NCBI GenBank assembly: GCA_023334545.1
Contig: JAADVB010000155.1
Span: 1 to 45,791, forward strand
From: Salisapilia sapeloensis CBS 127946
Taxonomy: Eukaryota > Protista > Oomycota
Length of the DNA stretch: 45,791 nt
Reading direction: 5' to 3'
How positions within the stretch are numbered: the stretch's first letter is position 1; every line of letters begins with the position of its first letter. The notes below the pieces were generated by a model that saw only the letters and a list, made by a program, of their open reading frames with translations, had not been told where the DNA came from and ran no database searches. The position numbers were made by a program, and so were the translations under genes. Positions 10,490 through 20,981 of this stretch are shown piece after piece.

Positions 10490-12524
10490 ATGGACGGGAA
10501 CGATGACGAGGGCGCTGTGCAAGGCCGCGTGACGGGTATCATCTACCCTCCGCCAGACGTACGAGCTCGAGCGGACATGACAGCCAAGTTCGTAGCTCGA
10601 AACGGCCGTAGCTTTGAGAATCGTATCGCCGGGGAGGCATCGTCAGCCAAATTCTCCTTTCTACGCGATGCTGACCCGTATCACGCGTACTATGAGCACA
10701 TGATCGAAGAGTACTTGAAGCAGCTACAAGAAGAGGCTTCGAATCCACCTCAAGCGAAAGAATCTGCTGGTTCAGAAGCGCCAGAAGCACCCAAGGAGCC
10801 TGCATCCGCCGAAGCAGACAAGACGCAGGATGTGGTGGCCGAGAAGGAGGCAGTGGAAGACGCGACTGCACGTGCGGCTAAAAAGGTCAAGGCCCAAGGT
10901 CCTTCGTTAGAAAAGCCGGCGGATGATATATACCGTCTGCAGCACCCGAAGCTCAGTGCGATGGACCAGGAGATCATGTACTTGACAGCTCAGTACACTG
11001 CATTAAACGGTAAGACGTTTCTGGCCGGCCTGGCCACACGAGAGCAGCGGAATCCTCAGTTTGACTTTCTAAAGCCATCGAATGCTCTGTTTGCGTACTT
11101 TACAGCGTTAGTCGAAAGCTACGTGCATGTGATTCAGAAAGAATCGACGCAGTTGGACAAAGTGACGAAAGGGATGGAGCGGATGCACGTGCTAGACAGG
11201 TGTGTCCATCGGATGGAGTGGGAGCGAGCGGAGGAAGAGCGCAAGGAGCGGGAGAAGGCGGAGAACGACGCGGAGCACGTGGCACAGGCGCAGATCGACT
11301 GGCAGGACTTTGTCGTGGTGGAGACGATTACGTTGGAGGATGACAAGGAGGAGGAGGTGATGCCTGTGACAGAGGATACGCAGATGGAAGATGTGCAGGA
11401 GCAGGAGGAGGAGCAGGATGCACAGGTCAAGGTCGTAGAGGACTACACTCCCCAGGCGTCTTCTTCCAACCACACCGCTCAGACAGTGACAGTCGACGGC
11501 CGGACGATCCCTGCGACGGACATTAATGAGCACATGCGCATCTTACTCATGAATCCTAAGTGGAGGGAAGAGCAGCAGCGGCATTTAGATAAGCAAAAAG
11601 AGAGTTCGTATGCTGCTGGGTCTGCTATTGCCGACTCCTTACGTCGATTCGCGACCAAGCGAACGGATATCTTTGGTAGGGCAGAGCAAGACACGTCGAA
11701 ACAAACGCAAGCCCAAGGTGCGTACGGTCCGACTATCCCGGTGGAAGAGCAGGAAAAGTATGAAGAAATGAAGGAAGAGGCATACTTTCCTCCGCCCATG
11801 GAAAACCCTCCTCCTCCGCCACCTCATTCCATGCACATGCACATGCCGCCAGGGATGCCTCCAGGCCCCCCAGGTCCTCCAGGTCCTCCGGGTATGATGC
11901 CTCCTGGACCTCCTGGACCTCCTGGACCTCCTGGACCTCCTGGTATGGCTCCAGGACCTCCGGGTATGGCTCCTGGTCCGCCTGGCATGCCTCCGTCTGC
12001 CCCTGGTCCGCCTGGGGTGAGTGGTCCACCGGGTGTGGGTGGTCCGTCTGCGCCTGGTACGGAAGGAGAGCCTCCGTCGAAGAAGCAGCGTACGGACGGC
12101 GCGGCGTTGCTTCCGGAAGAAGAGTTTGCAGCACTGCACCCTGTATGTATCTTTATGATAGGAACGTAGGAGGTTTGCTGACTTATGTGTGCAACAGGGC
12201 TCTGTGCGCTTCGTCGTCAAGGTTCCGCACGACACGAACAACAGTCAGTGGAAGCTGCTCGGCCAGACGCTGACGGTCGACATTGACGTCAAGGATCCGA
12301 TGCGCGTCATCAAGGACAAGCTATCGGTAACTATATGTGTAGATACTGGAGGAGAGGAAGCTCATGTGTGCTTATAGGAAAAGTTGGAGGGGATGCCACC
12401 GAGCAAACAGCAATTGAAGGCGTCGATGGGATTCATCAAGGACGGTCGGTCGGCTGCGCACTACAACTTTATTAACGGAACGACGTTGGAGCTGAGCGTT
12501 CGGTCGAGAGGAGGACGGCGTTAA
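10490..12524 (+). CDS. SF3A1: splicing factor 3A subunit 1 (Prp21), 3 exons: 10490-12142, 12198-12326, 12378-12524 (~642 aa)
   Basis: Two SURP domains (IIYPPPDVRARADMTAKFVARNG; QFDFLKPSNALFAYF), the IDWQDFVVVETI motif and a Pro-rich region. Removing 55- and 51-nt introns yields the C-terminal ubiquitin-like domain ending ELSVRSRGGRR*. Confidence 0.95.
11843..12058 (+). repeat. Pro/Gly low-complexity GPP/PPGM repeats within SF3A1
   Basis: (cctggacct)n-type repeats encoding PPGMPPGPPGPPGPPGMM... Confidence 0.85.
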
Positions 12525-12557
12525 GCTTTTCAAAAGAAAAAGGATCTCACTCGTATT

Positions 12558-13535
12558 TTATGCCTTGTGTTCGAGCTCCTCTTCCTTGTCATCGATCTCT
12601 TCTAGACACTTCATCATGTACTTTAGCTCGACAGCACGTTGCTGCGTCGCATCGAGGTCTTGCTGCGTGTCGTAGACGTCCGTCAGTGCTTGGAGGAGGC
12701 TGTCGATGCGACTCGAGAGCTCCTGCTGGATGGAAGACACTTGGTCTAGCGATGAGGCCGACTCGATGTTCTCTCTAGAGCAGTGTTAGAGTGGAATAGG
12801 GACGATGGGATGGAATGACGTACCGGATCTCCATGGTTTCCATCAATAGCTCGGGGTCCACGTCCGTGGAGGCAGACTCGCCTAAAGCGTCGATGCCATG
12901 CAGGTCCAGCTACATGTATTCTTAGAGCTAGTAAGATGGTATGGAATAGATGAGACTGTACGAGGTACTTGGCGCGACTCATGGGTGCCTTGAGGATGTT
13001 GTAGGCGTCGTTGATGATGGCGCTGTTCTTGGCGGACAGCTCCTTTTCGTACTAGTTGAAAGAGGTGTGAGGTGGACGAAGAGAATGAATGATATAGAAC
13101 GAATACGTCTGACTTGGAGCCGTAGAGGTCTGGATGCAGACGCTTCTGGATGCCCCAGTAGGTCTGTTCCATCTCGCGAACCTCTAGCTTAAAGCTCTTG
13201 GGCCTACGAGTATGGTCAGACACGAGGATCGTTCTTACAATTGTATAAGATGCACATGTCAAAGAGGTCAAAGTAGTCACATCGAGAGGAAGTGTCCAGT
13301 GGTTGGATAGTCTTGCAGCTATCACAGAAGATGGCACAGCAATGATTGTCATGCTGACAGCTCCAGCATTCCTCTATAGCCATCGTCACTACCGTCAATC
13401 GTCCACTCTTGTTCATAGTATTGTACTTGATTCATTGGCAGACGAGCTAAAGGCTTTTGATAGCAACGTCGATTGTTTCAAGCTACGGCGGGTGCCAGTA
13501 GCAAGGTGGAAGCGAGGAACAAGTCGACGGAGCAT
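12558..13535 (-). CDS. HSCB: mitochondrial Fe-S cluster co-chaperone HscB/Hsc20, 6 exons: 13535-13427, 13373-13256, 13203-13107, 13051-12962, 12909-12824, 12774-12558 (~238 aa)
   Basis: The spliced frame gives an Arg/Ser-rich presequence (MLRRLVPRFHLATGTRRSLK), CWSC...CDSC, a J-domain (YFDLF...QKRLHPDLY...SAIINDAYNILK...RAKYLL), DPELLMETMEIRE and VELKY. Five GT-AG introns of 49-55 nt; total 717 nt in frame. Confidence 0.92.
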
Positions 13536-13575
13536 CGTGGTTCGTTAAATGTCCAAAGAGAATGTCAGGCGCATA

Positions 13576-13589
13576 CAATTTGCAAATGA
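13576..13589 (-). promoter_or_regulatory. INR+FPR-like core promoter of HSCB (TCATTTGCAAATTG)
   Basis: One mismatch to TCATTYBNNNWTTY, about 40 nt upstream of ATG 13535. Confidence 0.5.
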
Positions 13590-13654
13590 AAAGTGAGACG
13601 GAGCAGTATCCCCTCGAGTGTATTGAAAAGGAATGGCGAGACGAATGGAAAGAG

Positions 13655-14465
13655 CTAGACACGATCCATGCCTTGGTTCATGGGTGCCGTGTACTTGTCC
13701 TGGTGCTGCATTTCCACGTTCACTTGGGCCTAGTATATGTACAGGATAAGTGTCTGGAAGTGGGAGATCGAGGCAGAGACGTACGGTCATGCAGCCTTGG
13801 GTCGTCGCGTACGTGCACTGGGCGATGCATTCCACGCAGTCGGCCATGTCGCCTGCTTCTGGGACGCAAAGAGCTGCTAGGTGGCAAATGACACTGGCGC
13901 ATTGGATGCAATTGTTGAAGCGCTAGGAATAGTATGTGAAAAGGAGATCGACTTGAATGGATCAAATGGACGAATACGATAATGCGGTTGTCCCACTCGT
14001 CCGGCTGGAGGTTATGGCGGTCCATGACGACGGCTCTCGTGGCGGAGACGGCACATCCGTTGCAGCAAAAGGACTAGACGTGATACTAGTGTAAGCGGAT
14101 GGAAGAGAGAGTAGGATGGATATAATACCTCGAAACAGAGACACAAGTTTGGGCATGAGCTTTCTCCACAGCTACCTGATTTGACGCAAGGGACGATGCC
14201 GTCCATGTACCCCTGGCAGCAGACGTACTTGGACATGTCTCCATGCAGCACCTTGCGCCGCATGTGCACTTGGGCGCAGCATGGACAGAGACAAGCTCCG
14301 AGGCAGCCTACATGTGTCTAAATAATCTGCTCGTACTCTTATACATGTAAAAGCTGTACATAAAGGATCAGCTGCAGGGGCTTGCATCATGCCGACATGG
14401 AAGGTGTTGGGGTTGTCCTTGCGGACATCGTTTTCGACGGGTTCTCCGGAGCACAGGAAGCACAT
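13655..14465 (-). CDS. PLAC8-family Cys-rich protein, 5 exons: 14465-14360, 14307-14129, 14073-13978, 13922-13785, 13729-13655 (~197 aa)
   Basis: The spliced product reads CCLGACLCPCCAQVHMRRKVLHGDMSKYVCCQGY...CGESSCPNLCLCFESFCCNGCAVSATR...DEWDNRII...GCMTAQVNVEM, like plant/algal PLAC8 proteins. Four introns of 52-55 nt; 594 nt in frame. Confidence 0.85.
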
Positions 14466-15047
14466 GAGTGGGTTCGAGCTGACTAGGTCGCAAGCGTCCG
14501 CGATGGCACGACATGAACAATGGGTGGCATCCCAAGAAAGACGAAAAACGCTTTCGAACGATCGTGCCAAAACGTGGTGTGCATTCCGCTTGAAGTTGCG
14601 TGACGAAAGTCATTAGGGAGAGAGTTTTCGTTCGTGTCCGACGTCTTGTCGATCGATGTCATGTAGCAAGGCACTTGTGCATATCAGTCCGCTTCTCTCG
14701 ATCGAGCTCGCACAAGCGGAGAGAATAATTTTCGAGCGTTCTTTTCGCCCAATCATATCGCAGAGACGCCATCTGTGGCGCATCGGATTTGGTAAAACTC
14801 GCAACTCAAGTCGATCGATCCCCGAGTCGGTACCATCTCGCGTGCGTCGGTCCAAGGGGGTTCGCATTCGCTTACGACATCTAGGTTGTACGCACTCGTT
14901 GAATACGTTTAGAGTTTCTACTATCCCTTCTATCCCAATCGGTTTCACGTGGCTCTTTGCCCCACACGCACTGATCGAAAGCAGGTGGGATAGGACCATT
15001 TTTTTCATCCTAGCTCCTAGTGCGTTTGAATTTGTCATTTGCCTCGA

Positions 15048-18000
15048 ATGTGGCGAAGGAGAGGCTCGTTCAGTGGCTTCCTCGCTCGCAACAATAATAA
15101 TAGTGAAGACTCGCCCGTCCTGCGCACATCCATCTCGTCTTCCGGTCGATCCAGCACGTTTTATGGGCACGACGACCAGGATCGCTCGCTCGTCTTTTCG
15201 CTCGAAGTCCCGACGCCAGGACCGCTCGGGCTCGACCTTCGTGCGAGGCATGTCGAGCGAGATAAACCGCAGAGAGGGGCGTACGTCAAGGGGTTCCGGC
15301 GGCTCGCAGGAGACGAGAAGGGATATGTGGAGCAAACAGGTCGCGTCAAGGTCGGCGACATCCTCGAGACCATCCATACGACAAAAGTAGACGATATGCC
15401 GTTCGACCAGATCGTCAAGCTCGCCAGTCAGTTGCAAAAGGACGAGACGGCGTGGCCGCTTCGGCTCGAGTTCTGTCGACAGCCGGCGGAATACGGCGAT
15501 AAGTCGAGCAGGAGAGCGCGTAGTTCGAGTTTCTTCCGCGCTGCATCGAGTCTAAACCCAGCGCAAGACAAGTCATTTAATGAAAAGCTCCAGTACTTTC
15601 GCGGGTTCTTTGCGAGCCGCCTTCCGACGGGCGGAACGACCCCGAAGGAGCATGATAAGGACAAGGTGCCGTCTATGCCTGCCGCGGAGACGGTGAATGA
15701 GATGTATAGAGACTTGCTCGTCAAGCGCGACGTACCGGAGGATGTGCTGGAAGAGCTCGTGCGCATCGAGACGCTAGAGACCAAGTGGCACGTCGTGTGG
15801 TACGGCCAGGTACACGAAAACAATAGTGCTTCGAAGAACCAGGCAGATAGCGCCGAAGCAGGTCGCATGGCCGAGGCTTTAGTAGAGCTCAAGTGGGACG
15901 GCCGAGGGCTCAAGGTGCTGGACAAGCTGCGCAGTAAGATGTCTGTGGCATCGACCGAGTGGATCGAGTCCTTCTTGGCGAACTTTGGTCTGGACTACTT
16001 GTCCATGAAACTGCCAGACCCGTCTCCTTTTTCCATCGAACAGCACAGGTATGACCGAGCGACACGCATCTGCGAAGTGATTCTCCGGACGCTCCGAACG
16101 ATCACACACTTTCCAGAAGGCGTGGAAGCCTTGACCCGTATGCCAGGTCTCGTGAACCGCGTCGCCCTTTGCTTCCACACGGAGAGTGGGGACTTGAAGA
16201 AGTGTGCGCTGCAGCTGCTCGGGATCGTCTGCTACAACAGTGCAGAAGGCCATCAGACCGTGATCGCCGCGTTTGACCACTATAAAGAAGCCAAGGGCGA
16301 GCAAGTCCGCTTCGGGTGTCTCCGGGACGCGCTCAAGTCGACTCGATACTCGCTCGTGTTCAAGGAAGAGGTCCTGAGCTTTGTCAATGTCATCGTGAAC
16401 AAGGCGATTCGACTCGAAGACCGTCTCGAGATCCGAGCAGACTTTATGGCGCTCAAGATGCCAGAGTACTTTGAAGAGATTCGGGCGAAGAGCCTCGCCG
16501 TGCAGCGGAAGCAGTCCGAGATGAGCGACTCGCCGCTCGAGAACTCGTCTCCGATGGCCATGGCGAGGTTGACGCCGCAGGAGTCTCCGGAAGTCCGAGC
16601 GTCGGCCAAGACGCTGCTGTCTCCTGTGCCCGTGGCGAATGGCGGGAGTCCTCCTGTCGGTCGAGCCGCCACGCCGTCGCCTCGTCCGGGGAAGAGCCAG
16701 CGACTACGGAGACGGAGGGTGCAGAGCAGCGACTATGGTGCGTTAGTCCGTTCGTCGAGCAAGAGCGCTCCTGCGTCTCCTGCGGATTCGCTCGACTCTG
16801 TTCCGTCGTCTCCTGCGCCGTCGATTTGCCGATCATCCTTGGCATCGAACTTTGATCGGCCGAGTACACCGTATAGCTACAGCAACACTGCGTCCCAGCT
16901 GCGTAGTCAGTTGGACAACATGGAGAAGCAGATCGACGTGTTCGAGCGGTTCATGGAGGACGACCGGAAGGACACGATCTACGACGAAACGGATCTGTCG
17001 GACGTCGAGAGCGTCTTCCGGTCGCTCCGCCGAAGCGTCTCGAATGACGCCGAGGTAGAAGCTGCGTTTCTCTCTCTCTTACAGCAGCTTTTATTAATCC
17101 CGGCGGATCGAGTGATTGGGAAGGAGATGTGGGGGCTGAGTGAGAAGCTGATGAAGCAAGTGGCGCACTTGACGCCAGTGGAAGAGGTGCGGAACTTTGA
17201 GCTGGGCTACGACGACCGTAAGGCTCTGTTGCAGATGCGAGACCGATATACGCGCTTCTTGGAGAAATGCGCGGAGGAAGACCCGTCATTCCGGTATCGC
17301 ATGGGGACGATCATTGTCCTGGACAACCAGCGGCCGGAGGATGAGCTGACGCCGTCGGAAGACACGGCAGAAGAGACGGATGAAGAGGACTTGCCGCCAG
17401 ACTCGATCATGGCGAAAGACCATCCGGACCTGAGCAAGTACTTTAAGCTGCTCAAGATGGGGACGCCCAAGGCGCAGGTGCAGGAGCGGATGAAGCACGA
17501 GACGAGAGGCTTTGACGTTGCCATCTTGGACACGCCGGAGCGGACGGTGCCTGTGGGGGAGATCATGGATATTACATCGACGCCGGTGAGCGTTTCATCC
17601 GAGCCGCAGGCCAAGGTCGAAGAGGTCAAGGTGAAGGGGACGAGAGCAGAGGAGCATGACAAGTATAAAAAGTTCTTCAAGCTGTTAAAGATGGGGATGC
17701 CGACGGAGCATGTGGAGCTCAAGATGTCGTCGGAAGGGCTGGATGGTGCGATTTTGAGTACGCCGGACGTCTTGTTGGATGAGGAGGGGCAGGAGGTGAA
17801 GGAAGAGGAGGGGAAGAAGGTAGAGGAAGAGCGGAAGGAGGAGGGCGTGTGTGTCAAGGACCATCCAAAGTTCTCCAAGTTCTTTAAGCTGCTCAAGATG
17901 GGGATGCCGATGGAGCACGTCAAGCTCAAGGCTTCTTCCGAAGGGTTGAATACAGATCTACTGGATGCTCCTGATACTCGTCTAGATGAAGAAGGGAATG

Positions 18001-20981
18001 TCTATGAAGAGAAGGAAGACAAACAAGGTACGCCTGTCAAGGACCATGCAAAGTTCTCCAAGTTCTTCAAGCTGCTCAAGATGGGGATGCCGATGGAGCA
18101 TGTGAAGCTCAAGGCATCGTCGGAGGGGTTGAATACAGATCTACTGGATACGCCGGATGCTCTTTTGGATGAAGAAGGGAATCCTGTCGGGAGTAAAAAG
18201 GAAGAAGCAAAGGGAGTTCCTGTGAAAGAGCATGAAAAGTTTGCTAAATTCTTTAAGTTAATGAAGATGGGGATGCCTCTAGAACAAGTCAAACTCAAGG
18301 CATCGGCAGAAGGGTTCGACGCGAGTCTCTTGGACTCTCCGGATACGCTTCTGGATGAAGAAGGCAAGCCTGTTACGAGTGGAAAAGAGGTAGCGACTGG
18401 GACGCCTGTCAAGGAGCATGAGAAGTTCGCCAAGTTCTTCAAGCTGATGAAGATGGGGATGCCTTTAGAACAAGTCAAGCTGAAAGCTTCGGCGGAAGGG
18501 TTCGACGCGAATCTCTTGGATACGCCTGACACGTTGCTGGATGAAGAAGGCAAGCCAGTGGGTGCTTCAGAGGAGGCACCCAAGGGGACTCGAGTAAAAG
18601 AGCATGAAAAGTTCGCCAAGTTCTTCAAACTGCTCAAGATGGGGATGCCGACGGAGCAAGTTAAACTCAAGGCGTCTGCAGAAGGTCTGAATGCGGATCT
18701 TATCGATACGCCAGATGCTCTGGTGGATGAGGACGGCAAGCCAGTCGAAGCGTCTAGTGACAAGCCCAAGGGCACGCCTGTCAAGGAGCATGAAAAGTTC
18801 ACCAAGTTCTTTAAACTGATGAAGATGGGGATGCCTTTAGAACAAGTCAAGCTGAAAGCATCTGCAGAAGGTCTGAATGCCGATCTGCTGGACACGCCGG
18901 ATAAACTAGTGGATGAGGAAGGCAAGCCAGTCGAAGCGTCGAGTGAAGAGGTCAAGGGGACGCCTGCCAAGGAGCATGAAAAGTTTGCCAAGTTCTTCAA
19001 GTTGATGAAGATGGGGATGCCTCTGGAGCAGGCCAAGCTCAAGGCGTCTGCTGCTGGACTAGATGAGAGTATCCTCGAGACGCCGGACAAGCTCCTGGAT
19101 GAAGACGGAAAGCCGGCGGGAGGAGCCAAGGTCCAGGTGAAGGACCACCCGTCGTACGCCAAGTACTTTAAACTGATGAAAATGGGCATGCCGCTGGAAC
19201 AAGCCAAGCTCAAGGCGTCGGCAGAAGGTCTGGACGGAGCGCTTCTCGAGACGCCAGACAAGATGATTGCAGAGGACGGAGGGAGTGGGCCGAAGGAGTC
19301 TGCTGGTCCTCCGAAGCCGAAAGCGCCGCCCAAGCCCAAGCTCCGGAACTTGTACTGGGAAGCAGTCAAGGAGGAGGAGGTGGGCGGCACGATCTGGGAC
19401 GAGGTGGTGGACCCGCGGAAGAGTGAGGAAGAGGACAAGGAGGATGCTGCGCCCGTGAACCCGTTGTTTGCGCAGCTCAAGGCCAAGAAGACGGAGGAGG
19501 AGGAGGAGGAAAAGCCGGAGAGCAAGCTGCTCGAGACGTACGTGAAGAAGCTGGAGGAGGTGTTTGTGAACAAGCCTCCGAAAGCCAAGGCGAGCGAAGG
19601 GAAGAAGAGCACTAAGAAGAAGACGCCGGCGAGAGTGGCGCTCATCGACGTCAAGCGAGCGAACAACATTGGCATCATGCTCGCGCGCTTCCGTCTGCCG
19701 TACCACAAGGTTAGGAATGCGGTCTTGACGGTCGACAAGGAGATCCTATCGTCGGAACGCGTGTCGTCGCTCATCCAGTTCTGTCCGGAGAAGGAGGAGC
19801 TGGAGACGGTGCAGGCGTATACGGGCGACCCGAAGCTTTTGGGCGACGCCGAGCAGTTCTTCCGCGAGCTCTTGTACGTGCCTCGATTGGAGACGCGGCT
19901 CAAGGCGATCCACGCGACGTGGCAGTTCGATTCGTACGTGTCGGAGCAGAAGAAGCTGATGGAGAGCATCTCGAGTGCTTGTCAGGAGCTGCAGAACTGT
20001 GGTCACTTGAAGGAGATCTTCAAGGTCGTGCTGTCGCTCGGGAATGCCTTGAACGATGGGACGGCAAGAGGCGGCGCGAAAGGCTTTCGACTGAGTATCT
20101 TGTTAAAGCTGAATCAAGTCAAGGCGAGTGATAACTCGACGACCTTGTTGAATTACGTCGCCAAGGTCTTGAGGGAGAAGGATCCGGCGATTCTAGAGTT
20201 TGATAAAGAGCTTCCGTCGATCGAGAGTGCTAGTCGAGTGACGCAGCAAGTGCTTACGGCGGGAGAAGCGGCCGTTCGGAAGGCTGCGACGGCGATTATC
20301 GGTGAGTTGGATGCGCACGCGAAGCTCACGGACAAAGACTATGTGTCTCCTCCCACGCCTGCGACGGAAGAGGAGAAGACAGAGGAGGATGAGGACGAGG
20401 AGAAGAAGGTCGCGAGCGATCGGTTCCAGGCCGAGATTGGTCCGTTTGCCCAGCGAGCAAAAGAAGTGTCGGAGGAAGTCGCGCAGGAGCTCGAGACGAC
20501 CAACAAACAATTTGAGGACACGGCCAGGTTCTTCAGTGAAGACCCGACGAGCAAAGAATGCGGTCCCGATGCGTTCTTTAACATCTTTTACTCGTTCGCA
20601 AAGGTGCTGCAGACGGCCGATCGGGATAATGAACGGAAGCGCATCGCGGAAGAGCGGCGGATCCGGAGAGAAGAAGAGACCAAGAAGCGGCTGGAGAAGC
20701 TTAAGAACAAGAAGAAGCAGAATAGCTACGCGGCGCTCAAGACGGGCGACGTGGACGATATTGTCAAGCAGATTCGGAGCAAGCGGACGGCCGAGAAGCG
20801 GCAGGGTCTTGCGAGCGACGCGAAGAAGGCGGAGGAGAAGGAGCAAGCATCTCCGGCCAAGTCGCCGACGCAGGCAAGAGAGAGTGACCCGACGTCCACG
20901 GCGCTCGTCCGGTCGAACCCGAATCGAGCTGTTGGCAACCTGAAGCGGCAGAACGGCAACTCGGCACTTGCGTCAAGCTGA
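15048..20981 (+). CDS. formin (PDZ + GBD/FH3 + 10 helical repeats + FH2 + DAD-like), ~1977 aa
   Basis: PDZ-like N-terminus (GPLGLDL...RVKVGDILETI), GBD/FH3 (ASTEWIESFLANFGL), FH2 motifs (KLRNLYWEAV, KRANNIGIML, VLSLGNALN...AKGFRL) and DAD-like VDDIVKQIRSKR. First ATG is at 15048. Confidence 0.92.
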   Translation: MWRRRGSFSGFLARNNNNSEDSPVLRTSISSSGRSSTFYGHDDQDRSLVFSLEVPTPGPLGLDLRARHVERDKPQRGAYVKGFRRLAGDEKGYVEQTGRVKVGDILETIHTTKVDDMPFDQIVKLASQLQKDETAWPLRLEFCRQPAEYGDKSSRRARSSSFFRAASSLNPAQDKSFNEKLQYFRGFFASRLPTGGTTPKEHDKDKVPSMPAAETVNEMYRDLLVKRDVPEDVLEELVRIETLETKWHVVWYGQVHENNSASKNQADSAEAGRMAEALVELKWDGRGLKVLDKLRSKMSVASTEWIESFLANFGLDYLSMKLPDPSPFSIEQHRYDRATRICEVILRTLRTITHFPEGVEALTRMPGLVNRVALCFHTESGDLKKCALQLLGIVCYNSAEGHQTVIAAFDHYKEAKGEQVRFGCLRDALKSTRYSLVFKEEVLSFVNVIVNKAIRLEDRLEIRADFMALKMPEYFEEIRAKSLAVQRKQSEMSDSPLENSSPMAMARLTPQESPEVRASAKTLLSPVPVANGGSPPVGRAATPSPRPGKSQRLRRRRVQSSDYGALVRSSSKSAPASPADSLDSVPSSPAPSICRSSLASNFDRPSTPYSYSNTASQLRSQLDNMEKQIDVFERFMEDDRKDTIYDETDLSDVESVFRSLRRSVSNDAEVEAAFLSLLQQLLLIPADRVIGKEMWGLSEKLMKQVAHLTPVEEVRNFELGYDDRKALLQMRDRYTRFLEKCAEEDPSFRYRMGTIIVLDNQRPEDELTPSEDTAEETDEEDLPPDSIMAKDHPDLSKYFKLLKMGTPKAQVQERMKHETRGFDVAILDTPERTVPVGEIMDITSTPVSVSSEPQAKVEEVKVKGTRAEEHDKYKKFFKLLKMGMPTEHVELKMSSEGLDGAILSTPDVLLDEEGQEVKEEEGKKVEEERKEEGVCVKDHPKFSKFFKLLKMGMPMEHVKLKASSEGLNTDLLDAPDTRLDEEGNVYEEKEDKQGTPVKDHAKFSKFFKLLKMGMPMEHVKLKASSEGLNTDLLDTPDALLDEEGNPVGSKKEEAKGVPVKEHEKFAKFFKLMKMGMPLEQVKLKASAEGFDASLLDSPDTLLDEEGKPVTSGKEVATGTPVKEHEKFAKFFKLMKMGMPLEQVKLKASAEGFDANLLDTPDTLLDEEGKPVGASEEAPKGTRVKEHEKFAKFFKLLKMGMPTEQVKLKASAEGLNADLIDTPDALVDEDGKPVEASSDKPKGTPVKEHEKFTKFFKLMKMGMPLEQVKLKASAEGLNADLLDTPDKLVDEEGKPVEASSEEVKGTPAKEHEKFAKFFKLMKMGMPLEQAKLKASAAGLDESILETPDKLLDEDGKPAGGAKVQVKDHPSYAKYFKLMKMGMPLEQAKLKASAEGLDGALLETPDKMIAEDGGSGPKESAGPPKPKAPPKPKLRNLYWEAVKEEEVGGTIWDEVVDPRKSEEEDKEDAAPVNPLFAQLKAKKTEEEEEEKPESKLLETYVKKLEEVFVNKPPKAKASEGKKSTKKKTPARVALIDVKRANNIGIMLARFRLPYHKVRNAVLTVDKEILSSERVSSLIQFCPEKEELETVQAYTGDPKLLGDAEQFFRELLYVPRLETRLKAIHATWQFDSYVSEQKKLMESISSACQELQNCGHLKEIFKVVLSLGNALNDGTARGGAKGFRLSILLKLNQVKASDNSTTLLNYVAKVLREKDPAILEFDKELPSIESASRVTQQVLTAGEAAVRKAATAIIGELDAHAKLTDKDYVSPPTPATEEEKTEEDEDEEKKVASDRFQAEIGPFAQRAKEVSEEVAQELETTNKQFEDTARFFSEDPTSKECGPDAFFNIFYSFAKVLQTADRDNERKRIAEERRIRREEETKKRLEKLKNKKKQNSYAALKTGDVDDIVKQIRSKRTAEKRQGLASDAKKAEEKEQASPAKSPTQARESDPTSTALVRSNPNRAVGNLKRQNGNSALASS
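17409..19262 (+). repeat. 10 intragenic tandem repeats (core unit 186 bp / 62 aa) KxHxKFxKFFKLxKMGMPxEQVKLKAxxEGxxxxLLDTPD
   Basis: The KMG codons start at 17454, 17688, 17895, 18078, 18264, 18450, 18636, 18822, 19008 and 19179. Spacings are 234, 207, 183, 186 x5 and 171. Confidence 0.95.

Noticed and set aside
11843-12058. Collagen-like Gly-Pro-Pro run in SF3A1
   Set aside because: The triplet register breaks every few repeats (GMAP, GMMPP) and the protein is nuclear. A Pro-rich region is normal for SF3A1.
14613-15437. 274-aa minus ORF and 244-aa plus ORF (14656-15390)
   Set aside because: They overlap the formin 5' end and the PLAC8/formin divergent promoter and have no recognisable domain.
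17409-19262. Regularly spaced DNA repeats resembling a CRISPR-like array or satellite
   Set aside because: The repeats are in-frame protein-coding units with synonymous variation inside a eukaryotic gene.
18002-19969. 655-aa minus-strand ORF
   Set aside because: It is an antisense shadow of the formin repeat/FH2 region; it is Ser/Leu/Phe-rich and mirrors the sense repeats.
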